Below are positions 14,699 to 24,679 of a DNA stretch of 26,828 bases, one piece after another. Position 1 is the stretch's first letter. Every line of letters begins with the position of its first letter. This stretch comes from a virus. Its lineage: Duplodnaviria > Caudoviricetes. The position numbers and the translations under genes were made by a program. The notes under the pieces are model-generated. The model made no database searches. It was given only the letters and a program-made list of their open reading frames with translations, and was not told the DNA's origin. The stretch covers positions 1 to 26,828 of the IMG/VR virus record IMGVR_UViG_3300032087_001786; one strand, 5' to 3'.

Positions 14699-16594
14699 TT
14701 ATGGTGCTGATGTTTTATAAGGGTGGGAAGACGGTAGGTCTGCTGTTAATCCCCACTTGTGTGCTAGATAACCCTCGATCTTATCGGAGTTAGATTGCGT
14801 TACATCTTCTGTAAATATTACCTCACCCCAGTCGGAGTCTGCATTGTTCTGATAATCGTTCAATCTAACACTACCTGTACCCATCGTTGATAGACCTGAT
14901 TGCGATACATTGGTGTTATAAGCGGTAGCGTTTAAAGAAGCGGTAGCTCTAGTGTTAGGTACATCAAGTTCAATAGACAACATGACCCACTGATTTAATA
15001 GGTTGGTCGAGTTGCCTGTTAGATGCGTACCTGGGTTCATGTACCAATCACCTGAGAAGACTCCATTACCACTAAGATTGAAAAGTATCATCTGTAGCGT
15101 TGGATTACTCTTAGTAAATGTAACAAGTGCATCGTGACTATCAGACGCTGTTACCTTAACAACAAAGAACCATTTATGAACAGCAGTAGAACTAAACGCT
15201 ATGCTTCGGTAAGAAGTCGCATCTGAGTTGTTATCAAACCTAAGTATATTCTTGTTGTTCTGTGCTGTGTTAACTGCTGTAAGTGTACTACCACTAGCAG
15301 CGTTAAAGGTGTAACTATTACCTGACTTGTCTGCGATAGCTGTAACATTCCCACTAGATGAAGTGAAGGTAGTCTGATCGTCCATATCCAACCACAAACG
15401 AGTTGTAATAGATGATGGGTCCCAAGCTGCGTTTGTAGAACCGGATATAGCTAGTTGCATCTGATCGGCATACGCTTCTCCAATGTCAAACATATCGTTT
15501 ACACCGTTGCTGTTAGTGTCTGTATTACCAGCTTTTCCTACATGATTGTTACTTGCAGAGTGTCCGTAAGTAGCTGAATCTACAATTCCAACATATGCAT
15601 CAGCATTAGCAACAGGAGTTAAGTCAGTACCATATCCAATCTTTGTTATGACTACAGGAAACTGAGATGTATTAGACACCCCGTATGAATTACCTAGTAC
15701 CGTTCGTACTGCTGCTATAAATGTATTAAGACCACTAACTGAAGCACCGCTCTCTCCTTGCCACCAAATCATACCTTTGAAGTTCCAGGAGTATCCAGCG
15801 TTTGTTAGTTTCGTGGTAGCGTCTGATAGTGCAGATAATAAACCACGATAACAGTCACCTTCTCTGGAACCTGTAGCTGTGGTATCCCAGTCAGAAAGAG
15901 ATGTACCAGCGTTAAGGGTGGATGCACCTACTGCATATTTAAGAATACCTATAGGTTGTGTGGTGAGATTGATTGCTTTTGCTCTACTAACAAATCCAAG
16001 CTCAGGACCAAAGTAAGGAGAGTTTACTAAGTTATTACTGTCTCCTCTTGTGCTACCTGCTACTAATGAAGTTGCCCAGTTGGAGTAGTTTTGTGTGGTC
16101 TCAGCGTTAGAAGTACTGTCATGCCAGGAGGTATAGAACAATCCATCTTGTGTTGATTGCCCTGATGTAAGGCTAGATACATCTCCTTCACCATGTGCAT
16201 TCGACTGACCCGCTAATATAAACAGATCGATTGTTTGATTAGTTATTACTGAGTTATCAAAAGTCCTGTACCAACTACCGTTATAGAAGTAAGACATAGT
16301 AGGTGTACCGCTAATCGTACCATCTGTTACTAAAGCGTTAGTACCTGCCGTAGCAGCTAGTGGTAGGTTTGCTTTAGTGTAAGTCTGTATAGATACACCG
16401 TCAGCACCGTCCGCACCTGTTGGTCCTTGTGGACCTTGAAACTGAGATAGAGAGTTCCACGCAGTTGTACCGTTGCCTACCTTTAGTATTTGATTGGTGG
16501 TGTCAAAGCCTGGTTCACCTTCTGATAACACCGGATTCTCACTTGCCCAATTAGCTGCGGTGTCCCGTCTTAAAAATATTCTTCTTACACTCAT
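14699..16594 (-). CDS. Receptor-binding/tail protein: Mtd-N-like anchor, short collagen-like repeat, SGNH (SASA-type) esterase, lectin/LamG-like C-terminal domain
   Basis: LRRDTAANW..NPVL.EGEPG...KVGNG; GPQGPTGADGADG; FILAGQSNA, FGPELGF, KYAVGAS, GMIWWQGES; LWLD..D, DKSGN, IEGYLAHKWG. Confidence 0.8.
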   Translation of the reverse strand: MSVRRIFLRRDTAANWASENPVLSEGEPGFDTTNQILKVGNGTTAWNSLSQFQGPQGPTGADGADGVSIQTYTKANLPLAATAGTNALVTDGTISGTPTMSYFYNGSWYRTFDNSVITNQTIDLFILAGQSNAHGEGDVSSLTSGQSTQDGLFYTSWHDSTSNAETTQNYSNWATSLVAGSTRGDSNNLVNSPYFGPELGFVSRAKAINLTTQPIGILKYAVGASTLNAGTSLSDWDTTATGSREGDCYRGLLSALSDATTKLTNAGYSWNFKGMIWWQGESGASVSGLNTFIAAVRTVLGNSYGVSNTSQFPVVITKIGYGTDLTPVANADAYVGIVDSATYGHSASNNHVGKAGNTDTNSNGVNDMFDIGEAYADQMQLAISGSTNAAWDPSSITTRLWLDMDDQTTFTSSSGNVTAIADKSGNSYTFNAASGSTLTAVNTAQNNKNILRFDNNSDATSYRSIAFSSTAVHKWFFVVKVTASDSHDALVTFTKSNPTLQMILFNLSGNGVFSGDWYMNPGTHLTGNSTNLLNQWVMLSIELDVPNTRATASLNATAYNTNVSQSGLSTMGTGSVRLNDYQNNADSDWGEVIFTEDVTQSNSDKIEGYLAHKWGLTADLPSSHPYKTSAP

Positions 16595-16890
16595 ATCGAT
16601 GCACTACCTCCATTTATATCAGTAGCTTCTAAGTGTTGTACATCCGCACGACCACCGTCAACTATACCTGTAGAAGAGTTCTCCAAGGTTGTTATCTTTG
16701 TTTCAGCGGTGTTCATGCGTGTATCTTTATCGTTCTTATCGTCCTCTAGTGTTTGTATCTTTACGTCTTTTATTGCTTTATCCGATTGAAAGTCACTCTT
16801 TAGTATTTCCAAGTCTCCTTTAGAAGTTACCGCCAGCGTGCGTGATTGTGCTGATAACGGATCAACCGTCTGTTTTGCTCGTCGAAGCAT
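16591..16890 (-). CDS. Small coiled-coil protein, probable tail-fibre accessory/adaptor
   Basis: Heptad-like IQTLE..ITTLE segments and C-terminal VDGG/INGG motifs; ATGA-coupled to the receptor-binding gene. Confidence 0.6.
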   Translation of the reverse strand: MLRRAKQTVDPLSAQSRTLAVTSKGDLEILKSDFQSDKAIKDVKIQTLEDDKNDKDTRMNTAETKITTLENSSTGIVDGGRADVQHLEATDINGGSASI

Positions 16891-16897
16891 CTACGCC

Positions 16898-17176
16898 CTA
16901 CCATTTCTTACAAGACCAGTAACCAGCTGAGAGCTTTGACTTCTTTTGGTCACACTTATGTCTTGCTCTGAAAGAACGACGACGGGCTGGATCACTTTTC
17001 TTAATAGTCATCTTAGCGTCACCGAATCTAATAATACGATGCTTACTGCCTTCCTTAGCACAGACAACAAACTTCTTCTTACCGTATCCAGGTTCGCCTT
17101 TGCGTATGCGTCTAGGTTTGTTAATAGCTAAACCACGACGCTTACAACCTGTCATAGCTTTCTTTTTCTCAGCCAT
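16898..17176 (-). CDS. Small highly basic protein (92 aa)
   Basis: K/R-rich; RFGD...PARRRSFRARHKC...AGYWSCKKW. Confidence 0.8.
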   Translation of the reverse strand: MAEKKKAMTGCKRRGLAINKPRRIRKGEPGYGKKKFVVCAKEGSKHRIIRFGDAKMTIKKSDPARRRSFRARHKCDQKKSKLSAGYWSCKKW

Positions 17177-17222
17177 TCTTCTTTTTCTTCTTAATAGCTA
17201 ACTTATATCTTTTATACGGCAT
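17169..17222 (-). CDS. Basic micropeptide (17 aa, MPYKRYKLAIKKKKKNG)
   Basis: Translated by hand; fills the gap exactly between two basic-protein genes. Confidence 0.45.
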   Translation of the reverse strand: MPYKRYKLAIKKKKKNG

Positions 17223-17223
17223 C

Positions 17224-17358
17224 TTACTTAGGGAAACCTTTTTCCATGTTAGAGTAGGCTTGAGGACTAATTGTAGACTTCTTCTTGCTACGGCTGATAC
17301 CTAAACGCTTACGCTTATTAATGTTATCATAGAGTCCTGGTTTCTTTTTTCTTTTCAT
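17224..17358 (-). CDS. Small basic protein (44 aa, MKRKKKPGLYDNINKRKRLGISRSKKKSTISPQAYSNMEKGFPK)
   Basis: Translated by hand; ATGA overlap with the upstream gene. Confidence 0.7.
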   Translation of the reverse strand: MKRKKKPGLYDNINKRKRLGISRSKKKSTISPQAYSNMEKGFPK

Positions 17359-17606
17359 CTCTTTACTAATACCTCCATCATACGATCTAGTTTTGTGTGA
17401 ACTTCTTTAAGTGCTTCCTCTACCTTTTCTATCCGTGCTTCAACAGCTCTATCTCTTTCCTTTTGAGCAGCTAACTCTACCTCTATCTTAGTCATCCGTT
17501 TCTCACCTAGGTCTAACCGTTCGATCATGCGTTTAATAATCCAACCGATAACTCCAAGGGCAATAGCTAGAGCGGTGTTCAAAAGTCCAGATAGAGATTC
17601 GATCAT
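17355..17606 (-). CDS. Putative holin-like protein (one TM helix plus coiled coil)
   Basis: LLNTALAIALGVIGWII followed by a heptad coiled coil; directly after the tail fibre, the position of T7 gp17.5. Confidence 0.55.
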   Translation of the reverse strand: MIESLSGLLNTALAIALGVIGWIIKRMIERLDLGEKRMTKIEVELAAQKERDRAVEARIEKVEEALKEVHTKLDRMMEVLVKR

Positions 17607-19234
17607 CAGGTTTTGATTAGATAGTTCAGGATAAGAGTCGGCTGAACATTGTTGTGGGAGGAGGATGCGTCTGTCCCGGTCGTGAGAACATTATTGGGAT
17701 TACCTGTTAAAGTACTGACAAATGCGGTTCTAGGATCGGGTCCACCAGCACCTGTTCGAGAAGTATTATCAGCAGTTACAGTATGCTTGTGGTTCCGCAG
17801 ACCCGATTGTGCAGCTGTATTGAGGTGTGTTTCGTGTCCCCCGTAGTTACCTAGAAAATCTCCGTTTACTCCATTTATTGTACTGCCAGTTGGATTAGTC
17901 AAACGATTAGCGGATGTACCACCCATATTGTCTAAACCTGCAATAACACGACCTCTTAGGTCAGGAAGCTTGAATACATAACCAACACCTTGAACATTAG
18001 TTAAACCATCTTGAAACGCAGTGCCCCCGTAGGTATTTGATATTACTTCATGTAACTCTTTGTAGGTGTAGGTATTTAATGCACTACCATCACATACAAG
18101 ATAACCAGTAGGTGCGGTTGCACCTGCAAAAGAAATAACTGTACCCCTAGGAACTGAACTAGGAAGAGCGGATGTAGCGATCTTATCTGAGGTAACCGCT
18201 CCATCAGCAATCATAGCAGTCTGTACTTGAACTTCCGAAACAACTCCACCTGCGGTGGTTGATCCAAGAACTCGATTAGCAGTTGTTACATTTTGAATCT
18301 TCGGGTAGGTAACTTGATCGTCAGCTATGTGTGCAGTATCAATACTACCATTTACATAGTGTTCACTGTCTATAGAATCGTCTGCTATCTTACTACCGTT
18401 TACTGCGTCTGCATCGAGCTTAGCGGTAGTAACAGCACCAGCATCGAGCTTAGCGGTAGTAACAGCACCAGTAGCGATCTTAGCAGTAGTGACAGAACCG
18501 TTATTTATTTGATTTGATCCTATAAACTCTGTAACAGCTGCACCAAATCCTCGCTGAATGATAACAATATCCTCTCCACCTGCAAGTGTGGTATTAATTG
18601 TTAATGTATCTGTATCAGGATTGACCGTATAATCAACAGTAGGTTCTTGTACTAAACCGTTAATGCTTACATCGTATACAGTATCACCACTGATCTCAGC
18701 ACCAGTCACAGTGTATGTAGTATTAGTACCAGCGGTTCCTGCAAATTGCCACTTCAACGGAGCATCAGAACCGTACAATCCTTGGTTTACTTTGTTATCT
18801 ACATAGAGCTTAGTGGAGGCGTCTGTAGTATCTGTAGGACTCCCTAAATTCTTTATTCGTAATCCCTTAGCGTCCCACTGTGTACCCCCAACCTCGACTT
18901 GCATAGAAGCATCGTTTAATTCACCGATTTCTTCAGCTAAGTATCTGTTGTGTAAATATGCTCTATCTAGTTCAGCCTCAGTAAGTACTGAACCATTCTG
19001 GAAGTCTACAAGGTTAGTGCCTCGTTGGCTCCTTCTGCGTACTCGGACGATGTCACCAGCAGTTGCACCACTGTCTAATACTACTTTAGTAGCCGGAGTA
19101 GTAACGATAGAGAAGAGAGTCGTAGCAACACCATTTATTTCTACGGTTACATGTTCGTCTTCAAGATAAGGAAATGAGAAAGCAAAGTCAGTCTGAGCTG
19201 CTGTTGCTGTGTAGTCTACATAGGTTGTTGCCAT
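17606..19234 (-). CDS. Tail fibre protein, T7 gp17-like N-terminus with tail-collar domain
   Basis: F.FSFPYL..EHV.V, VDFQNGSVLTEAELD, RIKNLGSP...DASTK.YVD; 10-aa AVTTAK repeats; collar GTVISFAG..APTGYLVCDG and FKLPDLRGRV; C-terminal HNNVQPTLILNYLIK. Confidence 0.93.
   Translation of the reverse strand: MATTYVDYTATAAQTDFAFSFPYLEDEHVTVEINGVATTLFSIVTTPATKVVLDSGATAGDIVRVRRRSQRGTNLVDFQNGSVLTEAELDRAYLHNRYLAEEIGELNDASMQVEVGGTQWDAKGLRIKNLGSPTDTTDASTKLYVDNKVNQGLYGSDAPLKWQFAGTAGTNTTYTVTGAEISGDTVYDVSINGLVQEPTVDYTVNPDTDTLTINTTLAGGEDIVIIQRGFGAAVTEFIGSNQINNGSVTTAKIATGAVTTAKLDAGAVTTAKLDADAVNGSKIADDSIDSEHYVNGSIDTAHIADDQVTYPKIQNVTTANRVLGSTTAGGVVSEVQVQTAMIADGAVTSDKIATSALPSSVPRGTVISFAGATAPTGYLVCDGSALNTYTYKELHEVISNTYGGTAFQDGLTNVQGVGYVFKLPDLRGRVIAGLDNMGGTSANRLTNPTGSTINGVNGDFLGNYGGHETHLNTAAQSGLRNHKHTVTADNTSRTGAGGPDPRTAFVSTLTGNPNNVLTTGTDASSSHNNVQPTLILNYLIKT
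18411..18500. repeat. 30-bp tandem repeat in tail fibre
   Basis: GCATCGAGCTTAGCGGTAGTAACAGCACCA exactly twice (18411-18470) plus a degenerate third copy; encodes GAVTTAKLDA. Confidence 0.95.
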
Positions 19235-19279
19235 GATAATATATTATTAACTATTGAGTTAGGAGTTCAAGCACTATTG

Positions 19280-22200
19280 CTATTCCGTCAGTATTTCGAG
19301 CGGTGATAACGGACGACCTACAGGTTCTGGTTTAGTGCCTCTAGTTTGTAGTAAGTAGTATAACGATTCACCTTCTTCATTAATGAACTTATTTAGGAAC
19401 CTACTATCTTCTATTAAATTCTTTTGAGTCTCGTTGTAAAATTTTCTTAAAACAGAATTTAAAATCTTAAGACCTGGGTTAATAAATCGACCAGTCTCTG
19501 GGTCTTCTTGGAATCCTTTACTGTACTCTTTAATCCAGTTTTCATCTTTTATTAAAGCACCTACAGCTTGTTTTATTGTATATTTTTTAAAACCTAACTC
19601 CTCAACTTTTATGCTAGTTCTTTTAAGTTTTTGATCGTAAGCATAAGACAAAGTCATCCCGTCCTCATCTACCCACTCTGTCATCTTAATACCGCCAGTT
19701 AACATAGAAGGTTTATTTGATAAGTTTTTATGAGTATCAGTTGCTACTATTTTATCAAATTCGCTACGAATCAATTCATCTCTAGGTGCTTGTCTAATAA
19801 TATTTTGAGTCACCCAATTAGCCGTGCTTTGTTCATCTTCACCTAAACGGTCTGTTTTTAAATTACCAACACCAGAACCTAACACAGCATATACCACTCT
19901 ATCCCAATAAGAACCACCACGCAGGTCTGGTATTCCTTCTTGATTTATCGTATTGTTTATCTTTCTAGCTTGAGCTGGTATAGGTACATAAGAAGCAACC
20001 AATCTTGATACAGCATTTTTAGTAATGTCTCCTTCAAATTTAGCTATCTCCTGTGCGGTCTCTATACCTTGGGCTAATGGCATTGCTTCTGCTAACTTCT
20101 TAAATGAAGCACCAATAACAAAAGCTAATGTTTGATCCTTAGTTAGAATAGTTTTACCTGTCTCTCTCTCCTCCATTTTGATACGCAACCAAGTAGCGAC
20201 ATCCGCAGATAAAGCTAAAGGAAACGACCAAGGCAACGCAGCAGAGTAGTCCATATCAAACATTTTAAAAGATTCTAACTTATTATTCTTTCTTTGCTCA
20301 GGTGTTAACCACTCTAGAGAACCCGTACCTCCGTAGTAAAGAGCTGCCATACCGCCCATTGCAAACAAAGAAGTAGACACCATAGCGTCAGTTAACAACT
20401 CTTCATTGTAACGCAATCTTCGTTCAGCTGTTTTATCACGCCTTTCAGTTAAGTTTTTAATCCGATCTCTAGCTCCTTTTATCTTTTCTGGGTCATCTAA
20501 CTTTCTAAGTAAGTCGTATTCAAATCTTAATTTTAATTCTAACTCTTTATACTTTCGACTAAATGGATTAATTTGACCTCGTAGACCTGGTATTTTAGAT
20601 AAACTACCTTGTGCTAATACTTGGGCAGGAGATATTACTAATTTACCTCCTCTATAAATAGAGCGAAACGGTACTCCTATATATGGGGCAAATGCATCTA
20701 TAACGGCTCCAGTAAGACCAGCATCGTTAACAAGCTTTTTAGTGAAATTTATAATTTCTTCTAGCGGGTTGAATGGCATATCTTCTAGGTCGCCATCAGC
20801 AGCAAATAACAATTCTTCCTTTATCTGATTAAGTTCATCCTCAAATTCTGTTTTTTCTTTTAATACCAACAACCCATCACTTTCTTTCCACTGTGCATTG
20901 TACCTTTCATCAGCTCTCGCTTTAGCTTTTTGCGGGTCATTAGGGAACTCTAAAATTGCGTCCTTGTGTGCTCTTGAATACATCCTACTTTTATATAGCT
21001 GTCTTTTAAAAGCAGCGTCTACGGTTTGTATACCCCTAACACCAATAGACATTATGTAAAACAAGTCTGCATTTTTTATATAACGATTAAAAGCATTCGA
21101 TACATTTTCAATAGCTTCCGCTCGCCTCTTAGCCGATGTATATGCTCTAGCTACTAACGCATGTGTACCTCTAGGTGCTTTTGAAACACTCATTTCATCC
21201 GACAGTTTACCTGCTCTATTATCTATGGGTGAGGCATTTTCAGCAAAAGTACGACGCATCTCAGTCCAAACACCCTTCAAATCTGTAAGCATTTTAAAAG
21301 CAGCTGCTGCGTCTGCTAAAGCTAATCGTGTTCTTATAGGTAACGAAGCGTTATCAGCGTTGTATATAAAGGTAGTAATAGGTCTAAGAAACTGCTTATA
21401 CATGGCACCAACACCAGTAGGAATACCTGCAAACACTGAAGGTAACTGATCGATAAGAGCTTGCTGCCTAAGTGATTGTATGAAACGCCAGCTTCTTGTT
21501 ATTTGACTAGATGTATCTGCTTCTAATTGTTTATGTAAAGCGTCTTCTATTTCTTTAAATATTCTATAATTTAACTGAGCATCTTCTATTTCTTTCCGGG
21601 CTTTCTCTAAGTCAGCTATCTTCTTCCGCATTCTAGCTTTAGAATCTGCTATCTTCTTACGAAGCTCTTTTGATCGAGCTGGTTTAGTAGGTCCTTTAGG
21701 AGTAGGTGTTATCTCAGCTCTTACCTCCCCAATAACACTACGACCTTCAATATCAGCTACTCTAGCTAGTTCTTTTTCTAGATCGGCTACAAGTTTTGCT
21801 TCTTTCTCGGCTTCTTTGTAAAACTTTATTTTAGCTTTTAATTCTTTTAACCTAGGGTCTTCTTCCTTTTTCTTAGGTGCTAAACCAGCTGCTGCTTCTT
21901 CCTCATCTATCTCAGCAAATCTTTTTCTTAAACCGTCTAACTCACCTTCGAGTTTTGTTCGTTTCTTTTCATAAGCCTTGCGTAGTTGTTCAGCTTTAAA
22001 TTCGTCCGACATCTCAACTCTAGCACGGTCAATTTCACGGACCCTATTACGCATATTCTTACGCAAGAACGCTATGTCTTTATTCAACTCCTCGACTCTA
22101 CCCGGTGCTTTCTTTGGTCCTGTAGGTTTAGGTGTTATCTCTTCACGCTGCCTTCCAAGCGGTCCTGTCTCTACTTCTAACAACCTAGCTCGTTCAGCTT

Positions 22201-24679
22201 CTAAGTCTTTAATTTTCCTTATCTCATTCTGAGCTTCCTTATAGAACTTAATTTTATCTTCCAGTTCTTTTACTCTTGGGTCTTTATCTTTAGGTTTACC
22301 TGGTACAAGTTCTTCAGGTTCCCTTCCGAAAGTTTCCCTAAGTTCATCTAATTCAGATTGTAGTTTAGATAACCTATTGTTAACAGCTGCTTCAGCTTTA
22401 GCTACTTGGAACTCCTCAGTCATCTCAAGCCTAGCTCTGTCTATATCAGCCAACCTTTGTTTAATATTACTCTTAACGGCAGCTATTCGTTTTCTTAGTT
22501 GAGCAGCTTTAATGTTTACTTTCTTAGGACCTGTGGGTTTAGGAGTAACAGCTGCTCTTTGTTCACCTAGCGGTGCTACATCTAATTCAGCTACCTTAGC
22601 CAACTCAGATTCAAGTCTCTCTAACTCTAAGGCATCAGCTTCCGCTTGCTCATAAAATTTTATGCGTTGCTTTAAATCAGTAATATCAACATCTTCAGTT
22701 AACTCTTCACCAGTCTCGGCTAATACTAACTTACTTCTATCACCGAATCTTTTCTGTAATTCGGCTAGTTTTTCTTGTAGCTTCTTTTTTTGTTTACCTA
22801 AGTTTTGTTTTACTTCCTTAGTAGGTTTTGTTTCTACATCCGCTTCTTCGGCTATTTTAGGTTCTTTAAATACTTCAACAAATTCATCTTCCTCAGTTTC
22901 TACTGGTTTCTTATACCTAGCTTTTAATTGATCCGGTATAGCTAAGTACTCGTCAAACATAGATTGTATATCAGCTTCATCACCGTCTACGATGCCTCTT
23001 GTTTTAGCCTCTAGTGTGGCTTCTAACTTACTAAGTGCTTCGTCTTGTAACTGTGCTCGCTCGCTATATCGACCTTCCCAAGTATAATCTCTTTTCTGTT
23101 GAGACTGTAATAAACGAGCACCCAAAGTATTCCACCAATCAATTATATTTTTATTAATTCTTCTGGTGAACTTTATTTCATTTAGTAATTCTTTAGCTAC
23201 ATCTATATCTATAGATTCAGGATTCTTAGCTAAAATTCTAATAAGATTACTAACTCTTTCTGCTGTTTCGTCTGCTAGTTTTTTACCTGCTCTATGTAGT
23301 TTCGGTGCTTCTAAAGTTAACGCACCCTTACCAGGAGTAGACTCAAGTTTAGATTGAATAGCCTCTAATTCTTCTAACTTATCTTCCCTAACATCATCAA
23401 CAAACCTTTCCCTCTTAACTGTCTCAGTTACCTCTGGTACTTCAACTGGTTCGTCTACATTGATTGGTTTCTCAACTACAGGTTCTTCAGTAACAGTAGG
23501 TTCTTCTACCTTAGCTGTAGGCTCTTCTTCTAATTTAACTTCAGCTTCTTCTGGTTTAGGTGCTACAGGCTCAGGTTCCTCTATGGGTTTAGGTTCTAAA
23601 ACTTCTTCAGCTGTTAACTCAGTCGCACCTAACTCTTTCTCTCTAGCGTCTATTTTACTATTTGAATTTTCAATAGCCTCTAAAGAATCGTCTATTATAT
23701 CTTCAACTGTTTCTACTTCAGATATTTCTTTATCAACGTTATTTTCAAAACCAATCTTCTGCTTACCTTTTAACTTAGAATCTTTTTTCTTTTGAATCAG
23801 TGCTTCTTTTTTATCTTCTAGTATAGACTTAGAATCTTCTACTATATTAACAATTTGAGTGCGACCCGCCTTACCTTTACTTAATAACAAAGAGAATGCT
23901 GATTGTACTGTACCACCTGCGAGTGAGGAGAATAACAAATCAAAAGTTGAGTCCTCATCTAAGTTTAAAGTTCTTTCAATGCTTTGCCTTAGAACTGACT
24001 CAGCCAATCCAATAGTAGCACCACTTACAAACTGTTTAGTTCCTTTGACTATATACTCACCACCACGCCAAGCTTTTAACTCATTTAAACTAGGAGCTAC
24101 AAAACTAAAAATCTTCCCGTCTTTTGCTAACCCAGCTAACAAATCTACACCTGCTTCAACTGGTTTGTGTACTAGTCCTACATTAAATACACCAGATGTA
24201 ACAAGTTCACCTAAATTATATCCTTCAGTCTTATCTAAACCGTATGCTTTTAAAACTGATTGGTTAACTAAGTTACCAGCTACACCACCAATAGCCTCAG
24301 CACTTGCGTAGGTAATTAAACCTCCAATAGTAGAAGTACCTTCCGGTGCTAAGATTCCTATTTTTGATATGTTTTTTACATCATTTAGATAACCTAAGCC
24401 TTTAAGAAGTGTCGCTGTTGTGGCTACATTAGTTATGATTTCCCCACCAAAAGCTTGACTGTATATTCCAAACTTATCTAGAGTGCTGAACTCATCTGTT
24501 ATCTCTTTAACTTGGTCTAGATCAACTTCAGGTTTAACTGTGTTAGCTTCAGTTTCGATTGTAACATTAGCGGGTACAGTCTCCTCTGGTTCTAAAGTTA
24601 CAGCAGCTGTAGGATTGTATGTATCTAGTTTATCTTCCGATTGGGCTTCCAATAAGCCACTGATATAATCATTACTCAT
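19280..24679 (-). CDS. Large internal virion (ejectosome) protein, T7 gp16-position
   Basis: 1799 aa, helical, immediately upstream of the tail fibre; assigned by synteny and size only. Confidence 0.7.
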   Translation of the reverse strand: MSNDYISGLLEAQSEDKLDTYNPTAAVTLEPEETVPANVTIETEANTVKPEVDLDQVKEITDEFSTLDKFGIYSQAFGGEIITNVATTATLLKGLGYLNDVKNISKIGILAPEGTSTIGGLITYASAEAIGGVAGNLVNQSVLKAYGLDKTEGYNLGELVTSGVFNVGLVHKPVEAGVDLLAGLAKDGKIFSFVAPSLNELKAWRGGEYIVKGTKQFVSGATIGLAESVLRQSIERTLNLDEDSTFDLLFSSLAGGTVQSAFSLLLSKGKAGRTQIVNIVEDSKSILEDKKEALIQKKKDSKLKGKQKIGFENNVDKEISEVETVEDIIDDSLEAIENSNSKIDAREKELGATELTAEEVLEPKPIEEPEPVAPKPEEAEVKLEEEPTAKVEEPTVTEEPVVEKPINVDEPVEVPEVTETVKRERFVDDVREDKLEELEAIQSKLESTPGKGALTLEAPKLHRAGKKLADETAERVSNLIRILAKNPESIDIDVAKELLNEIKFTRRINKNIIDWWNTLGARLLQSQQKRDYTWEGRYSERAQLQDEALSKLEATLEAKTRGIVDGDEADIQSMFDEYLAIPDQLKARYKKPVETEEDEFVEVFKEPKIAEEADVETKPTKEVKQNLGKQKKKLQEKLAELQKRFGDRSKLVLAETGEELTEDVDITDLKQRIKFYEQAEADALELERLESELAKVAELDVAPLGEQRAAVTPKPTGPKKVNIKAAQLRKRIAAVKSNIKQRLADIDRARLEMTEEFQVAKAEAAVNNRLSKLQSELDELRETFGREPEELVPGKPKDKDPRVKELEDKIKFYKEAQNEIRKIKDLEAERARLLEVETGPLGRQREEITPKPTGPKKAPGRVEELNKDIAFLRKNMRNRVREIDRARVEMSDEFKAEQLRKAYEKKRTKLEGELDGLRKRFAEIDEEEAAAGLAPKKKEEDPRLKELKAKIKFYKEAEKEAKLVADLEKELARVADIEGRSVIGEVRAEITPTPKGPTKPARSKELRKKIADSKARMRKKIADLEKARKEIEDAQLNYRIFKEIEDALHKQLEADTSSQITRSWRFIQSLRQQALIDQLPSVFAGIPTGVGAMYKQFLRPITTFIYNADNASLPIRTRLALADAAAAFKMLTDLKGVWTEMRRTFAENASPIDNRAGKLSDEMSVSKAPRGTHALVARAYTSAKRRAEAIENVSNAFNRYIKNADLFYIMSIGVRGIQTVDAAFKRQLYKSRMYSRAHKDAILEFPNDPQKAKARADERYNAQWKESDGLLVLKEKTEFEDELNQIKEELLFAADGDLEDMPFNPLEEIINFTKKLVNDAGLTGAVIDAFAPYIGVPFRSIYRGGKLVISPAQVLAQGSLSKIPGLRGQINPFSRKYKELELKLRFEYDLLRKLDDPEKIKGARDRIKNLTERRDKTAERRLRYNEELLTDAMVSTSLFAMGGMAALYYGGTGSLEWLTPEQRKNNKLESFKMFDMDYSAALPWSFPLALSADVATWLRIKMEERETGKTILTKDQTLAFVIGASFKKLAEAMPLAQGIETAQEIAKFEGDITKNAVSRLVASYVPIPAQARKINNTINQEGIPDLRGGSYWDRVVYAVLGSGVGNLKTDRLGEDEQSTANWVTQNIIRQAPRDELIRSEFDKIVATDTHKNLSNKPSMLTGGIKMTEWVDEDGMTLSYAYDQKLKRTSIKVEELGFKKYTIKQAVGALIKDENWIKEYSKGFQEDPETGRFINPGLKILNSVLRKFYNETQKNLIEDSRFLNKFINEEGESLYYLLQTRGTKPEPVGRPLSPLEILTE

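Noticed and set aside
14699-16594. Diversity-generating retroelement suggested by the Mtd-like N-terminus
   Set aside because: No reverse transcriptase and no template/variable repeat pair are visible in the window.
17780-17840. HxH iron-binding motif (HKH) in the fibre tip as a link to the Fur-like boxes
   Set aside because: A single HxH is common in collar-type fibre tips and is too weak to support a claim.
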